NCBI GenBank assembly: GCA_040437565.1
Contig: JBDOQK010000011.1
Location: forward strand, 62,001-126,000
DNA: 64,000 nt
Source: Albugo candida
Lineage: Eukaryota
Direction: 5' to 3'
Below, piece after piece: positions 12,800-25,491 of the stretch; within the stretch, counting starts at the first letter, position 1; every line of letters starts with the position of its first letter. The notes under the pieces were generated by a model, which worked only from the letters and a program-made list of their open reading frames with translations, searched no databases and was not told where the DNA came from. Position numbers and translations under genes: made by a program.

Positions 12800-13803
12800 A
12801 AGAGTGCTATAGTAGTGAGTTTCGAACCCCTACAGCTTTATCGCCTTCAAGCAGCGATCACTCACCGATTTTAAGAGCGCATATAGCCGCTTTTGACTGA
12901 TTTTTGACCACGCTTTTCTAATTGCCCCTTTAAGCTTACCAACCGAGTGATGTTGGCAAGCGTTAGCGTAAGCAATATGCGCCATGTCGCCCATAGATTC
13001 TCTATCGAATTTAGGTCCAGAAAAAGAGACGGTCAGTTCATCACGTTCATGTTGAGGTCCCTGATAGACTCACTTGTCGATTTAGATGTATAGATACTTG
13101 CGTTGTCCTGCTAAAGTTCGTATCCATCTTGATGTTCACGATCTGAGAAAGGAAACAGAAGTCTGGTTAACGTCTCCTGGTATTCATACGAGTTCTGGTG
13201 GTCAGTCAATGTGGCCAGGGGCGTCAAACCTTTCGCTTAGAAACCTCCTAAGACCATGATGCCATGCCCGTTCACTTTGATGGCTATATAATGTCCTTAC
13301 TTCAAGCCGGATGTCGTGCCAGAGATACTTGCAACCATCTGGAAATTTCAGCGTAAACCGCTTCTCGTCTGAAAAGATTATTCGGTTATAGTAAGTGCAA
13401 TCCTTGATTTGTCGCCCAAGAAAAGCCGTGCCCTGTTGTGGCGCTTAGTGAGTTTGGGTGTGGGCTTGATTTTTTTGTACACAAGATGAGGCGCCCGCTG
13501 AGGGCGCGCTGAACGGCCCTCTTACTCACCTGTGGAGTCATGTTGCTGGCGATGGCGGTATCGGACAGATTACCGCTGATTGCGGCCTTGATGATGCACC
13601 GCACATCACGCAGCCCGAGTTTTGGCTTCCTTTCAGGGCTCTTTATCATTCCATAGACATCAGGAGGATTCTTAAAGTACACGTAAACTACTTTTGGCGA
13701 GCGCTTGAGGCTAGCAGCAATCGCCCTGAGAGTCGCTTTGCTCGACCGGGGTACGTCAAATTGACCTTGCTCGTACTCGGTCAGAGCCGGGTTTCTCCCC
13801 ATG
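12800..13803 (-). mobile_element. Tc1/Tc3-like (DD34E) transposase pseudogene
   Basis: N-terminal Tc3-type HTH (MGRNPALTEYEQGQ...AIAASLKRS), FSDEKRF, QDNASIY, PSLFLDLNSIENLW (SPDLNPIENLW-like) and C-terminal AIRKAWSKIS...RCLKAI. TIRs are not resolved. Confidence 0.85.
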
Positions 13804-14330
13804 GCTTCGCTAAGAGATACACAAAATTCGATCATGAGCACGCAGAAACACTCAAGCTCAGGCATCCGTAGAATACAGCGCCTTATCCACCTTTGTGGTC
13901 AAGTGCTAGTAGTGTACGCTATCCATATGTCGGGCAGCTCCGTGTACCTACCCGCCAAATTTCGCATTTTTACTATTCGATACACAAAAAAAATACGAAA
14001 ACGCTTGGCTCAACGTAGGTAAAAAAAACCTATTCGATCAATACTCGACACAAAGAATAATTGAGAACAATTCAGCAATAAACGGTTATCCCTATCTCTA
14101 TGTCGCGGAGTATATAGACATTTTCAACTGAACCTACCTACACTAGAATTCGAGTTTGTCCAGTCTATTTCCAAGGGTTTGCAAACTATTCAGCATCTTG
14201 TCCATCTTCGTCTCTTCTGCTTGGTCCAATTCTTCCATGTTCTTGGAAGTGAGTTTGGGCTCCAAACCTGTTGGCAAGAGGTCGAAGGTGGTGTCGAACT
14301 GGGAAAACTGCCAAACTGTGAATTTTTTTG

Positions 14331-16496
14331 AATTAGGAAGCCGGTATAGTCACCCCCCCCCCGAAATTAATTGGAACCGGTAGCGCCACACACCTCCAAA
14401 TTAGATTAGGGAACCGGTATCGTCACACCCCCTAAATTAAATTAAAGATTTGTTTTCTTAGCTTTGGGTTGTGAACATGTGAGCCTGTTGTGACCTTCTT
14501 GTCTGTTTGCAGGCCCTGCATCTTCGTTTTGGCAGTTTCTGCCCCAACCCTCTCATTTTACTCAGATGTAGACAGATCTCGTGGTTATTCTTTGATCCTT
14601 TCGGCCGTCCACGTCAGGCCATTGTGGCCGAATCATTTATCCTGGCTTGAACAGATGCAAGGAAATTGAGATCCTACTCAAGGAGGCGCTGCCTGTGTGG
14701 AGGCAAGACCGGAAAACGCTCTTGCAACTTTTTGATAATGTCCGAAAAACTTGTTTCTTCCTGACGAAGCATCAGGATGCCGTGTGGGATGTAAGGCTTG
14801 TGAAGCCACCAGTGCCCATAAAAGTGAGCTTCATGCAGTATTGACCCCATCTTTTGCAGCTGTTTTATGGCATGAGAGCACGACAATCATTTAGTACTCG
14901 TGAATGTTCTAGTGCACTTTGCATCGTTCTCCATCGATAGTGCCTGTTGGTACTGCTTGAAGACCTGCAGAAAACAAAATATGGTCAGTACATACCTCGC
15001 CGGTACTGGTACACAACTGTATACCTACACTAGTCTTACATACTTCAGTCCATGCATAATTTGAAATCTTTCCACACACAGTTGTCCAGAAGCTCCCACT
15101 AAGGCGGACGATATTGTGTGAACGTTCGTATGCAACGTTTTGACTAATTGCTTGGCGCTGCTGTTGAGCTGCGAGAACCAATTTCTCATCAACTGTTGCT
15201 AAAACCCCTGTTGAAACCGCGATTCAAGATTGCATGTCCTTCAACACGAGAATTAGCTACATACCCAAAATGCTTTATATTTTTGGTCCAAGCAAGGATG
15301 AATTTCTCCTTGTGTGGAATCCATTTGGGTTTTCAATGCGCAAAACCAGTCTCATTGATAACATCTTTAAGAAGCATCCAATTCTCTTCTAATTCCTGTT
15401 CAGTGGTAGAGCAGTACAATCCTTGCCACGTTGTGGAAAATTATTTTCCTTCTTCGTACAATAGGAAGTGATTTTTAGCATTTCTCAGGACATTCTTATA
15501 AATATGGCATTTGCAAAGCGGATTCTTCACTTCAGGTAGAACCAATGAGATTGCAGCCGTCAATGCCAATTCTCTGTCAGTGACAATGACAATCGGCCCA
15601 GTGATTCTATCTTGGAAAACAATCCTCATTTTCTCAAGCGCCCAAATGTAATCATCTTCTAATCCGTGTCGCAATAAAATATGGAAAAGGAAATATGACT
15701 GGTTTGTGCATGCCACACCCATGACATGGAGCAATGGCATTTAAATAACCTGGACATTTTGCCTTCTCATAGTTGATGTTGGGCAAAGATTGATTGCAAA
15801 GCATTTTACTCACCTGTTGGTTTTGTATGTCGAATCTGCTATGAGAACCCCTCCCGAAGAAGAATCATTATCTGTCGAGATAAAAGGCTTAGGTGCAATT
15901 AAGATACGCGTTAATGGACCCGATGAGGGATCCCGATCAATCTCATGCCTAATGGCAGTTTCATCTAGTGTGTCCAGCAATGCTCTAAGAGGGTTACGAC
16001 CAAGGAGAAATTCCGCTCGTTCACGTTTTTTAACATGGTAAATGTCTTGCCCGGTGGCAAGAAAAACAGAATCAGACCGCTTCGTCGTACTCAAGATTGA
16101 CCGAGAAGGTGTCCACCTTTCGTGAAGTCCAGTATTTGCTGCTTCTGCACCTGATTTAATACCCTGGCTTCTGGAATGCTGCAAGATTCTCGGCTGCCTC
16201 ATGATTGTGAGTTACAACTACCACACTCACTCGTCATTCTTGCACATGATTTTGATTCAGTTGGCGCTTGAAGGTTACTAACCACGGGCACATTAGAAGC
16301 CGTGTTGATGTTTTGCCGATCCTTGTGCCCTTGTGTGTTCCGGTAGTGGAGCAAGTGGCATAGTGAGGACAGAGTATTCACGTTAACGTAGTTATAGCAA
16401 TGTATGTAGATGCAGAGCGAGTTTGAAAATAAGGACGTGTGGTGATACCGGCTCCCCTAATTTAATTTAGGATGTGTGGATATACCGGCTCCCTTT
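14331..16496 (-). mobile_element. Mutator-like element (MULE) 1, with tandem-repeat TIRs
   Basis: DSTYKTNR, MPLLHVMG, IVTDRELAL, LCKCHIYKNV and a C-terminal RCRACKQ..GHNRLTC knuckle. Ends carry ~35-bp units with core GG(A/G)A(G/A)CCGGTA in inverted orientation. Confidence 0.88.
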
Positions 16497-16799
16497 ATTT
16501 ATTATAATTATTCTGTTGTATCTTTAAGACCATTCAGAGGCCACTAATCTATGAATTCATGGAGGGTGGGGGTTGATTACAGAAAAGGTGGGGCTGAAAA
16601 CCGATTTCCAAGAAAAATTCCAAGATAATTATGAAACGAAAAAAATATATCAGGATGTGTGTATATATACGTTCGGATATAAACATTGCACATTTCAATC
16701 CTAGCGATGGAAAGCACGACGAGAAACAGTAAACTAGCAGAAACGCCTTCGAGAACAGAAGTTATAACAATGAAAGGGATATCATTGAAGCAGTAAATG

Positions 16800-17960
16800 A
16801 GTACCATCGATACTATAACCGTCCCTTTCGTGTGATTGCAAGTAACAAACAGCGTTATAAAGCAATGTGCACACAGCATGGCTGTTTCTTCGTTGTGCAG
16901 TGTGACTTTTCGTAGATATTCATCTCCCCAACAAAATTGGTTTTGCACTCCTGTCAAGGATCCGAATCATCAAAGACGTCTCGTAGGCATACAACAGCGA
17001 AACAAACTGCTGTAAATCCTGCAGTCAGAGATGTGGCCATAATCTCCGTTAGGAAAGTGACCCCCGTGATGATACAAACGAAGTTAGAGAAGAATGGATT
17101 TCCGCAAAAATGCGAACTGTGCTTATGCACACAAAACGTTGAAGCTTGATTTAAGAAAAAGTGATATTGAGTAATACAGCCTCATTCCATCCTAATGACT
17201 GCACCAAACATTTAGAACCACGAAGCCAAGCTTGGAATTGTAGGGAATGAATCTATGCGCTTGAGTATCATTTTTCGAGAAGGGATTCAAGCAAGTACGT
17301 CATACAGTGAGCGTGGGATATCCGTGGACTACGCATTTATAAAGATCTCAATCGTTGGGATTCTTCTTGGAGTGTGGTTCTGAAATGGAGACAATGAGAT
17401 CCAAATTATAGGAGTTGGGCTCGAGTTGGTGGAGAATGTAGGTAGCTGAAGCTGATTTTCAAATTTCCGACTTTCCCACCTCCAGCCATCTCCAGCATTC
17501 TTGATATCGGATAAAGAAAAGGGGCTTATAAAAGCTATGCCTACATCGGCACCAGACGTCACACATATTTTCTGCTTTCGGGATATGATGGAAGATTTCA
17601 ACAAGAGATAAAAGCTCAATTTGATGACGAATTTGGCGTGGATATTGGCTCAATCACTTAAGACGATAGAGCAAGAGAAAGCGAAAGCAAACACCGCCAT
17701 TTTAGACAGCAGTGCGCTGGAGTGGCTTCAGGAGGTTGGGCGTGAAAATTATCAAGCAGCTTGCTCACCATGTCCAAGATAATACACTTTGGCATCAAAC
17801 AACATGGAGGCCATAAACAGCGTGTTGAAGGGAATTTGGAAACTTCCTATCATCGACTACTTGATGGGGATCGAGCGTTACCTGGCGTGCAAGTAGGCTG
17901 TATCAGCAAAGTGAAAGGCTGGGGAGTTCCAACTCTATATGCATAATAAAACAATGTCCT
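16800..17960 (+). mobile_element. MuDR-type Mutator transposase relic (MULE 2)
   Basis: Manual translation gives ISVDYAFIK...GILLGVW*NGDNEIQIIGVG...EN, then SDKEKGLIKA...PDVTHIFCFRD and LASNNMEAINSVLKGIWKLPI, matching MuDR motifs. Boundaries are approximate. Confidence 0.7.
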
Positions 17961-18050
17961 CTGCAAGGTGGGGTGAAATTAATGAATGCTCGACCTGAAG
18001 TCTGACTTCAAATCTACTAGGGAGGCAGATATTTTTCAAGCTTATTGCTT

Positions 18051-18155
18051 GGGTGGGCTCGAACTGCTGCCCACACTGCCGGGGATCGAACTAACGACCT
18101 CCGTCAGGGGGTCCGTGTGCTCAAGTGCTTGACCGACTGAGCTGGGTACGAACCC
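18051..18155 (-). other. tRNA-derived sequence (pseudo-tRNA or SINE head) with Pol III A and B boxes
   Basis: Minus strand reads AGCTCAGTCGGTCAAGC (D-arm/A box) ... GAGGTCGTTAGTTCGATCCCCGGC (T-arm/B box), followed by a second GTTCGAGCC. There is no intact acceptor or anticodon stem. Confidence 0.55.
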
Positions 18156-20562
18156 TTTATAAGGGAGTTATTATATTTACTCCGTTTTGCGTTAGATTCA
18201 ATCCCTTCTAAGTCACGTGGCACACATTGCTATACATTCAATTATTTGCCGCTGCACATTGATGCGTCTATTTCCGACGCCAACACCGATGCCGATTCAA
18301 TGGCGTCTATTTCCGAATGTTCCCAAGCCGACATCGATTCCGTGGTACCTAGCATTTCCAGTTAGCATGAATTTTATATGGTATGCCGTTTCTTGATTTT
18401 ACTCAACAAACGATCGATCGAAGGGCAACTACGTCTGTTGTGGCCCATTCATCGACATTTCCCACATCTCCGTTTTCCTACGCGACCTTTCTCGTGTTCG
18501 AAATGGGATGAGTTTTGCTTCGTTCTGTTCTGTTCTTTTCTTTGGGATATGTTTTGCGTCGACCGGTCCCCCGCGGGGCTGTGGAGCCACGGTGGTTTGA
18601 ACTGGACAACGGTGCTCTGGCCATCGAGCAACTTTGCGACATTCAAAATCGCCTTCGCTTGTTCGGTTTAAGATAGGTTTGGGGTGTAAGTTCTAGCACA
18701 TGATGCATCTTCTACTCGCTTGTCCGATTTTTCTCTGCCTTGATCTGGTGAGTAAGTGTAATTGCCAGCTTGTTGAACACCGGTAATAGGTCTCCCGTCG
18801 ATACTTATATGATCTTCTATATGTAGTCATGGGCTATCCTCTTCCCGCGAAGACGCCTTGTTTCCGAAATGTGGATGCCGCGAATTCCAAGCGTTCACGA
18901 ATCGTTCCTCTTAGACGAGCCAAATCGTCTTCACGTACTCGAGTACCTCTGACTTCTCTAGGAGACTGTATGAGAACTTCGTAGCTGCTCATCATATTCT
19001 TCCGCCGTTCGGGAAGACACCAGAACGTTCCACATTTGCAGAAACTCGTCGAGGTTTTTTAGGGTTGTATAATGCTTCTTGCAATTGGCAACGGTATTTT
19101 TTTGCTGGGTCAGATGCAGAGCAGATTCTAGGACCACGGAAAAACGGGTGCGATGGCCGCTAGAAATGTCACTTCCTGGTCCATGAAGATAACCTTTGGC
19201 GCATATCTATTTTCCACACTGCTGACACTTTTGACATTTCCCACGCATATTTCTCCACTTTCTCTCCAGCCTGGAAGTGGAAACCTACGCTAAACGTCGT
19301 TTGAACGAGGTTATTCCGATCATGTGAAGAAGCAGGACTCGGTAACGGTTCGTTTATACGTACAGTCCATCACAACAACGTGATTGTATCGGTTCGCCAA
19401 ATTCACACTGGCCGGATGCGCGAAAAATAGGTCGTTGGTGTTTCCGCCTTCATTTGCTTTAATACGGTGCACATAGTCACTCCCTCGAAGATGATCAAAA
19501 AGATTTTCTAGCTTATTTATCTCCGCTTCTTGGTTGCTTCGAACGTTGTCTCGTGTGTTGTACAAAGTTCGCAGGTTTGCGAAAGTGTTCTTTTTATTCA
19601 TCCTTAGCGTTGCCAAAATTGCAGTCGGTTTGATACCCGCATTCGCCATCTTCTTCACTTCTTCCGCCTGTTTCGGTGACCTTTCTATGGGTCGAATGTC
19701 CGGAGGAATGATGACAACATCTGTGATTGTGCTCGCTGTGTATCGTCGTTAACGTCCATTTCCCTTTTTTGAAATAATTCGCAGAGAGGAGAAAGGGGCA
19801 TTCAATGCGCCGAGATTTCTGTCGCTTCCGTTCTGATATTTGAGACAGGTGTGCGCCACCACGATCACATTTCGAGTATGCATTGTTTCCGGCAACCGAA
19901 CGTTTGATAGTCATTGCGTACCCCTCACTGGCCAAGGGCCCATTTTTGTGGTGCGCAAAGCAATTCTTCTAGGCTACCATATTCGGCCTTTTTGGGAGAG
20001 AGCATGCCTGAGTGTGCATCGCGTCAGATAAGCAGAAAGGTGTGGCATTTGCTACGCGATAGCCATTCTGTCATTGCGTGAATGACAGCATCTATTTACA
20101 TACTGTTGTAATTCGGCGGAAGCAGAGCCTCCAATACTGATGTCGAAGACAAGTCGGTTGCATAGATGGTATCTGAGGAACAAAAAGTGTGGCGTCAGTT
20201 ACCATTTGCTTCCGCTGTAGCATGATTGACTTGCTAGAATGAGCCTTCTCTTTCCAGTATCATTCTCACGATGCATAGTTGAAGTTGGTGGAAGGTAAGT
20301 CGCCGAGAGGTCAAAAGGTTCTCCTTTGGAAGTGAGAAGTGGAGAACAAATCGGTTGCATCCGTTGAATCTGAAGAGTAATCACGTAGACGTGACCAAAA
20401 GCTTTTGGTCAGGTGATTCAGACGGGACTATATCTAGCCGAAAGGGAGTAGTTATAACTTTTCTGGTCACGTGACTTAAAAGGGAGGTCATCTGACCGAA
20501 AAGGGAGATACAACAATTCTCTTCAAATATGTATGTCACGTGCCTTGAAAGGGAGTGAATCT

Positions 20563-20749
20563 TTTTGAGCACTTAGAAGAAAATTTGGAAAGTTACACAT
20601 ATTAAATGCAGAAGGTCCTCAATTCATTTTACTAGCTTGTCTAAGTCTTCTCGTACTGGACGCCTACGGCCATTAAATGTTTTGACCAATAGCTGCACAT
20701 TGATTAGACTGATGTGTTCCACACTGATGGAGGGACATCAGCTTCAACA
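20563..20749 (-). repeat. Copia 3' LTR
   Basis: Direct repeat of 25312-25491; starts TGTTGAAGC on the minus strand next to the PPT. Confidence 0.9.
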
Positions 20750-23700
20750 CTCCCCCTGAACAATAAATCCGTGATGCTGGACTTAATCAGAAGTTGCTCG
20801 AATTTCTTCGTCGACACTGGCGTGGTCAGAAAATCAGCTAGCTGAAACTTGGTGTCAGCGTATTGGAGCTTGTTCCTTTCGGCCTTTATTTGTTCACGGA
20901 AAAAAAGGTACCGTATGTCGATATGCCTCGCTCGATTTTGGTATCCATCGTTGTTGGCAATTGCAATTGTACTTTGGTTGCCTTCATGAATAACCACTGA
21001 ATCATCGATTCTCACCTTCAACTCTGATAATAAACTCTTGACCCACATAACTACCTGGATGCATAACGAGAAAGCAATGAACTCAGCTTTGGCTGTGCTG
21101 AGAGCCATCCTCTGCTGCAATTTTGTTTTGATTATCACTGGAGAGTTTTTTATCATCACCATTATAGTGGAGGTTGATCTTCTTGTCTCCTTGTCGCTTG
21201 CCCAATCCGCATCACTGTATGCACTGACCTCGATATTTCCTGGCATAGCCTCATAACATATTCCTTTCATTGCGGTTGATTTCAAGTAACGCAAAACACG
21301 GATTGCTGTATTCCAGTGTTGTTCACTTAGTTGCTCCAGGTGTCGACTGAGCTGGCAAACTGCGAAAGCAATCTCTGGTCCTGTGCCCGCTGCAACGTAT
21401 AGAAGAGAGCCGACAAGTGAGCGATATAGTCGTTTTTCCATTCTCAAATCGTTTTCTTCCGATTTCGTTCAGAAAAGCCCTGAAACATTTGGTTCCACGT
21501 TGACTTGGCTGAACCTCTCTAACATTCTCTGTATGCAAGCTCTTTGACTGATCTTCAATTGTCGCGATTCTTGTTTGTATTCCACTTCAATATTAAGGTA
21601 AATCGCACCTTTCCCAGAATCTTTGGACTGAAGTGACTCGAAAGTTCATTTGCAACTTTTTTGATCGAGTCGATGGTTTTGGCTCCAATCAGCATGTCAT
21701 CGACATATAATGTGACGTAAACACATGACTTGGAATCTTTGCGCACAAACATACATGAGTCTGATAGACACTTTGTATACCCCATCTGAGCAAATGCAAT
21801 TGTTATTGCCTTGAACCAAGTCACAGCTGTTGTTCAAGTCCATATAGACTTCGATTGAGCTTAAAAATTTGATTTGGCTTGCTTTCAACAGCTTGAGGTG
21901 GATAGATGAACACATCTTCTTCCAGATAACCGTTAAGAAAGGCCGTATCAGCATCATACTGATGAATGGTAAGTCCTTGATGGCAGCAAATTGTCAGGAA
22001 AATACGAGTTGCGTTTAAATTCGCGACTGTGGAGTACGTATCTGTGTAATCAGCACCATAAGTTTTTCAATATCCGAGTGCCACCAATCTTGCCTTAAAC
22101 CGCTCAACTTCACCGTCTTCTTTGGTTTGATTGTAAAAGCCCATTTGGTTCGGATAGCCTTTTTGTCTGGCTTTTTCGTTACGGCCGTCCACGTTTGCTT
22201 TTTGTTCAGTGCTTGAAGCTCGTCCTGAATTGCAGTATACCACAGTTCCGATTTAGGTGACTTCAGAGCCTCTTGATAGGATGATGGAGCTTCTCCCGCT
22301 GCATTCCCTTATTCGTATTCTATGCGATATCTTTTGATTAGACGTGTCATGATGTCAGAATCTGCTACTGAAACGATTGAAGTAGACGCTTCCACTGGTA
22401 ATCATGCTTGCGACGATTAATTTGGTGGAAGTGCCAGAGGAACATCGTGGCCAATTTGAGGGTTTCCAGAAACCGGGTAGCTTTCGAAATTATCCAGTCT
22501 CCCCCTGGGCACAATGACCTGAATAGTGCTAAATTCGTCTTCCGCTGAATCCATATCGACGTTGGGAGATTTCTGGTAAGCATTTAAAGGGCGCTGCTCC
22601 TGAGTCGAATCCCTCGTCAACTCTTCGTTCGCATTTGTTGACTCTTCAGTCGGATCTACATCCATGCTCTCGACATGCGAAATTGTCCTGATCGGTATTT
22701 TTTCGCTTCCTTCGTCATACTAACAATCACTTCGATTTTGTCCGGATGATCTATCTCCAATAACAACCTGAACATATTTTGTCTCGGGTAATTCTTGAAA
22801 TTGCGCTGAACGAGTAATCTCAATTTCTGCGACTCATAATTCCATACGCGAATCCTTTCATATTGTCCGAACATCCGAGGAACATACATTTGACCGCCTT
22901 CTTATCCAACTTCATCCGCCTTGATTTCTCAATATGAGCAAAACCTCGGGCATCAAATACGCGTAAAAGGTAAGACTTGGCTTACTCCCAAAACACATCT
23001 CGTATGGTGTCTTGTCTGGGTAGGCGGCACACGGAACTGATTTGTGATGTGAACTGCGGTATTCATGGCTTCAGCCTACCACTTCTTCTCTACTTGAATG
23101 TGATTCATCATGGATCTCGCACGTTCCGTAATGGTCCGATTCATTCGTTCAGCCAGTCCATTTTGCTGTGGCAAAAACGGAACTGTTGTTTGGTGTATAA
23201 TGCCGGCACTTTTACAAATATTCGCAAATCGATTGTTGATAAATTCGCCACCATTGTCGGTTCGAATACACGTAATTTTCTAATTCAATTGCTTTTCCAT
23301 AATTGCTTTGAAATCGAGAAATCCATCGATCACTTAGATTTGTGTCGAATGAAACATGACACTACATGTCTAGAGTAATCAACAATGAAAGTTACCATAA
23401 ATCTTACTCCACCTTGGGACTTTGTTTCCATTGGTTCGCCATTACGTCACTATGTATATGTTGAAGAACGGACTTGCTTTTTACTTGACCACAGGTATTT
23501 TCGAAACGTTTTTATATGTATATATGTTATTTAAGATAGCCTAGGCATTCTTTGTTCCTACAATCACGTGCACGTTTCCCGGAGCAAACAACCGCATGTA
23601 AACTGCACATCCGTTATGTTGAATATCCAACAACTTGGCACCAATTTCATACATGAAACGGACGAATCNNNNNNNNNNNNNNNNNNNNNNNNNNNNNNNN

Positions 23701-25311
23701 NNNNNNNNNNNNNNNNNNNNNNNNNNNNNNNNNNNNNNNNNNNNNNNNNNNNNNNNNNNNNNNNNNNNTCGAAACGTTTTTATATGTATATATGTTATTT
23801 AAGATAGCCTAGGCATTCTTTGTTCCTACAATCACGTGCACGTTTCCCGGAGCAAACAACCGCATGTAAACTGCACATCCGTTATGTTGAATATCCAACA
23901 ACTTGGCACCAATTTCATACATGAAACGGACGAATCAATGATTCCCACGATACATGTAATAAAACATCCGATATTTGCTACTTTGATCAATCTTGTTCCT
24001 TTGGACAGTTGAAGCAACTCCAACAAATAATCTAGTCTGACTTTGGGAACGGGTGCAAAAATATTTCCCATCTATACAACCCTCGCAAATGACTTCTTCG
24101 TCTATTTCTCGTTTTGACATCGATTTCATCTCAAAACCATCAATGCATCGCTTCAAACCTCCAGTTTTCTTGGTAGCGAAATATTCCAATCGGGCATGTC
24201 ATACATTAGAACTGATAATTGTTGATCATGTCTCTCTGTATCTGAAGTGCTAACAAGTGCTAATTCATTTATAGCACACTCCATCACATAAAACTTCCGT
24301 TTTTTTGTGACATATTCCTCTTCCAAAAGTGACATCAATCCTTTCTCTGCTAATGCTGGGATAGATAGCAATCGGCGATCCAAATCTGATACATGTAGTA
24401 CATTTTCAATCCGAATTGGCGTTTTGTTTTTCAGGATAACCGGAAGTGTACCAGTGCCTATTGCCGAGACTTTGATTCCATTGGCAATAGACCTACGTAT
24501 CGTCCTTGAGCGGTCTGATTTCACTGAACTCTCCTTTGAATGATCACATATGGCTGCTTGCTTGACTATCGAGCAGCCAACCTTCAGCCATGTCTTCACA
24601 CACTGTGAATGCTTGTTCATTGTACTGTTCTTGTGCTTCACATTCTTCCAACAATCTGTTTTCTTATGTTCACTTTGGTTACAACTGATAACATTTTCGT
24701 TAGACTTTGTAAGTCTTCTGAATAGATTTTCTTGCGTCGAATCATCTGACTTCTTTATTGCTTTTAGAGCAATCCTGTCTCCTTATTCACTCATAGTGTA
24801 TACTCCCGATGCAGCATTTTTTCTGCTTGAAAAAGATCCATCCCTTGGACGTTTTCGATAATTGTGATTTTCGGATCGTACTCATCCGAGGGGCTCTCAA
24901 GTAAGATATCTAACTGTTAAACCACATTAATCACGTCCCCAAAAGCTTGCATCGAAAAGCATAATTCATAAAATTTCATAAAATGTTCCATACATTTTGT
25001 CTTCGCCTGTATAATATTCTGAAGGTAAAAATTCTTTAAAATCTTCCATAATTGAGATGTTGTACAAGCATCTCTGACCAGTGCCTGGATACTTACGCTG
25101 ATCGACATTGAAATGATTGCGAAAGTTTTAGGGTCGTTGACTTTCCAGATTGCCAAAGCTGCAGGATCCTCGCTGAGGAACTCCGACTTGTCAATACGAT
25201 TCAGCAGACCCTCCTTCATCAGCTTCATGCGCGCATTGAACTCCTATCTGGAGTAGTTGTCATCACCAAAGAGTTTCGTCGACCGCGTTCTGAGAATTTG
25301 GGCTCATAACC

Positions 25312-25491
25312 GTTTGAGCACTTACGAGAAAATTTGGAAAGTATTATATATCAAAAGGTCCTTAGTTCAGTCTACTAGCTAGTCTAAGCCTTCTCGTGTT
25401 GGACGCCCACAACCATTATTTTATTGTCCAATAGCTGCACATTGATTAGACTGATGTGTTCCACACTGGTTAAGCGACATCAGCTTCAACA
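25312..25491 (-). repeat. Copia 5' LTR
   Basis: Direct repeat of 20563-20749 with substitutions and indels; followed by the PBS on the minus strand. Confidence 0.9.

Larger units (their letters stand above)
20563..25491 (-). mobile_element. Full-length degenerate Ty1/Copia LTR retrotransposon
   Basis: Two LTRs, a 5-bp TSD AATCT (20558-20562 and 25492-25496), PBS GGTTATGAGCCC and PPT TTCAGGGGGAG. Domain order gag, protease (WLLDS), pre-integrase (CEGC..GK), integrase (HSDVM), RT (YVDDML), RNase H (AYSDADWA). Confidence 0.95.

Noticed and set aside
14140..14320. Short minus-strand frame resembling a retroelement gag N-terminus (...MDKMLNSLQTLGNRLDKLE)
   Set aside because: Too short and motif-free to assign.
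14331..14438. CRISPR-like array of ~35-bp repeats
   Set aside because: No unique spacers, eukaryotic context and no cas genes; inverted copies at 16428-16496 show it is a transposon terminus.
18060..18150. Functional tRNA gene
   Set aside because: Acceptor and anticodon stems cannot be formed and the T stem is mismatched; kept only as a tRNA-derived relic.
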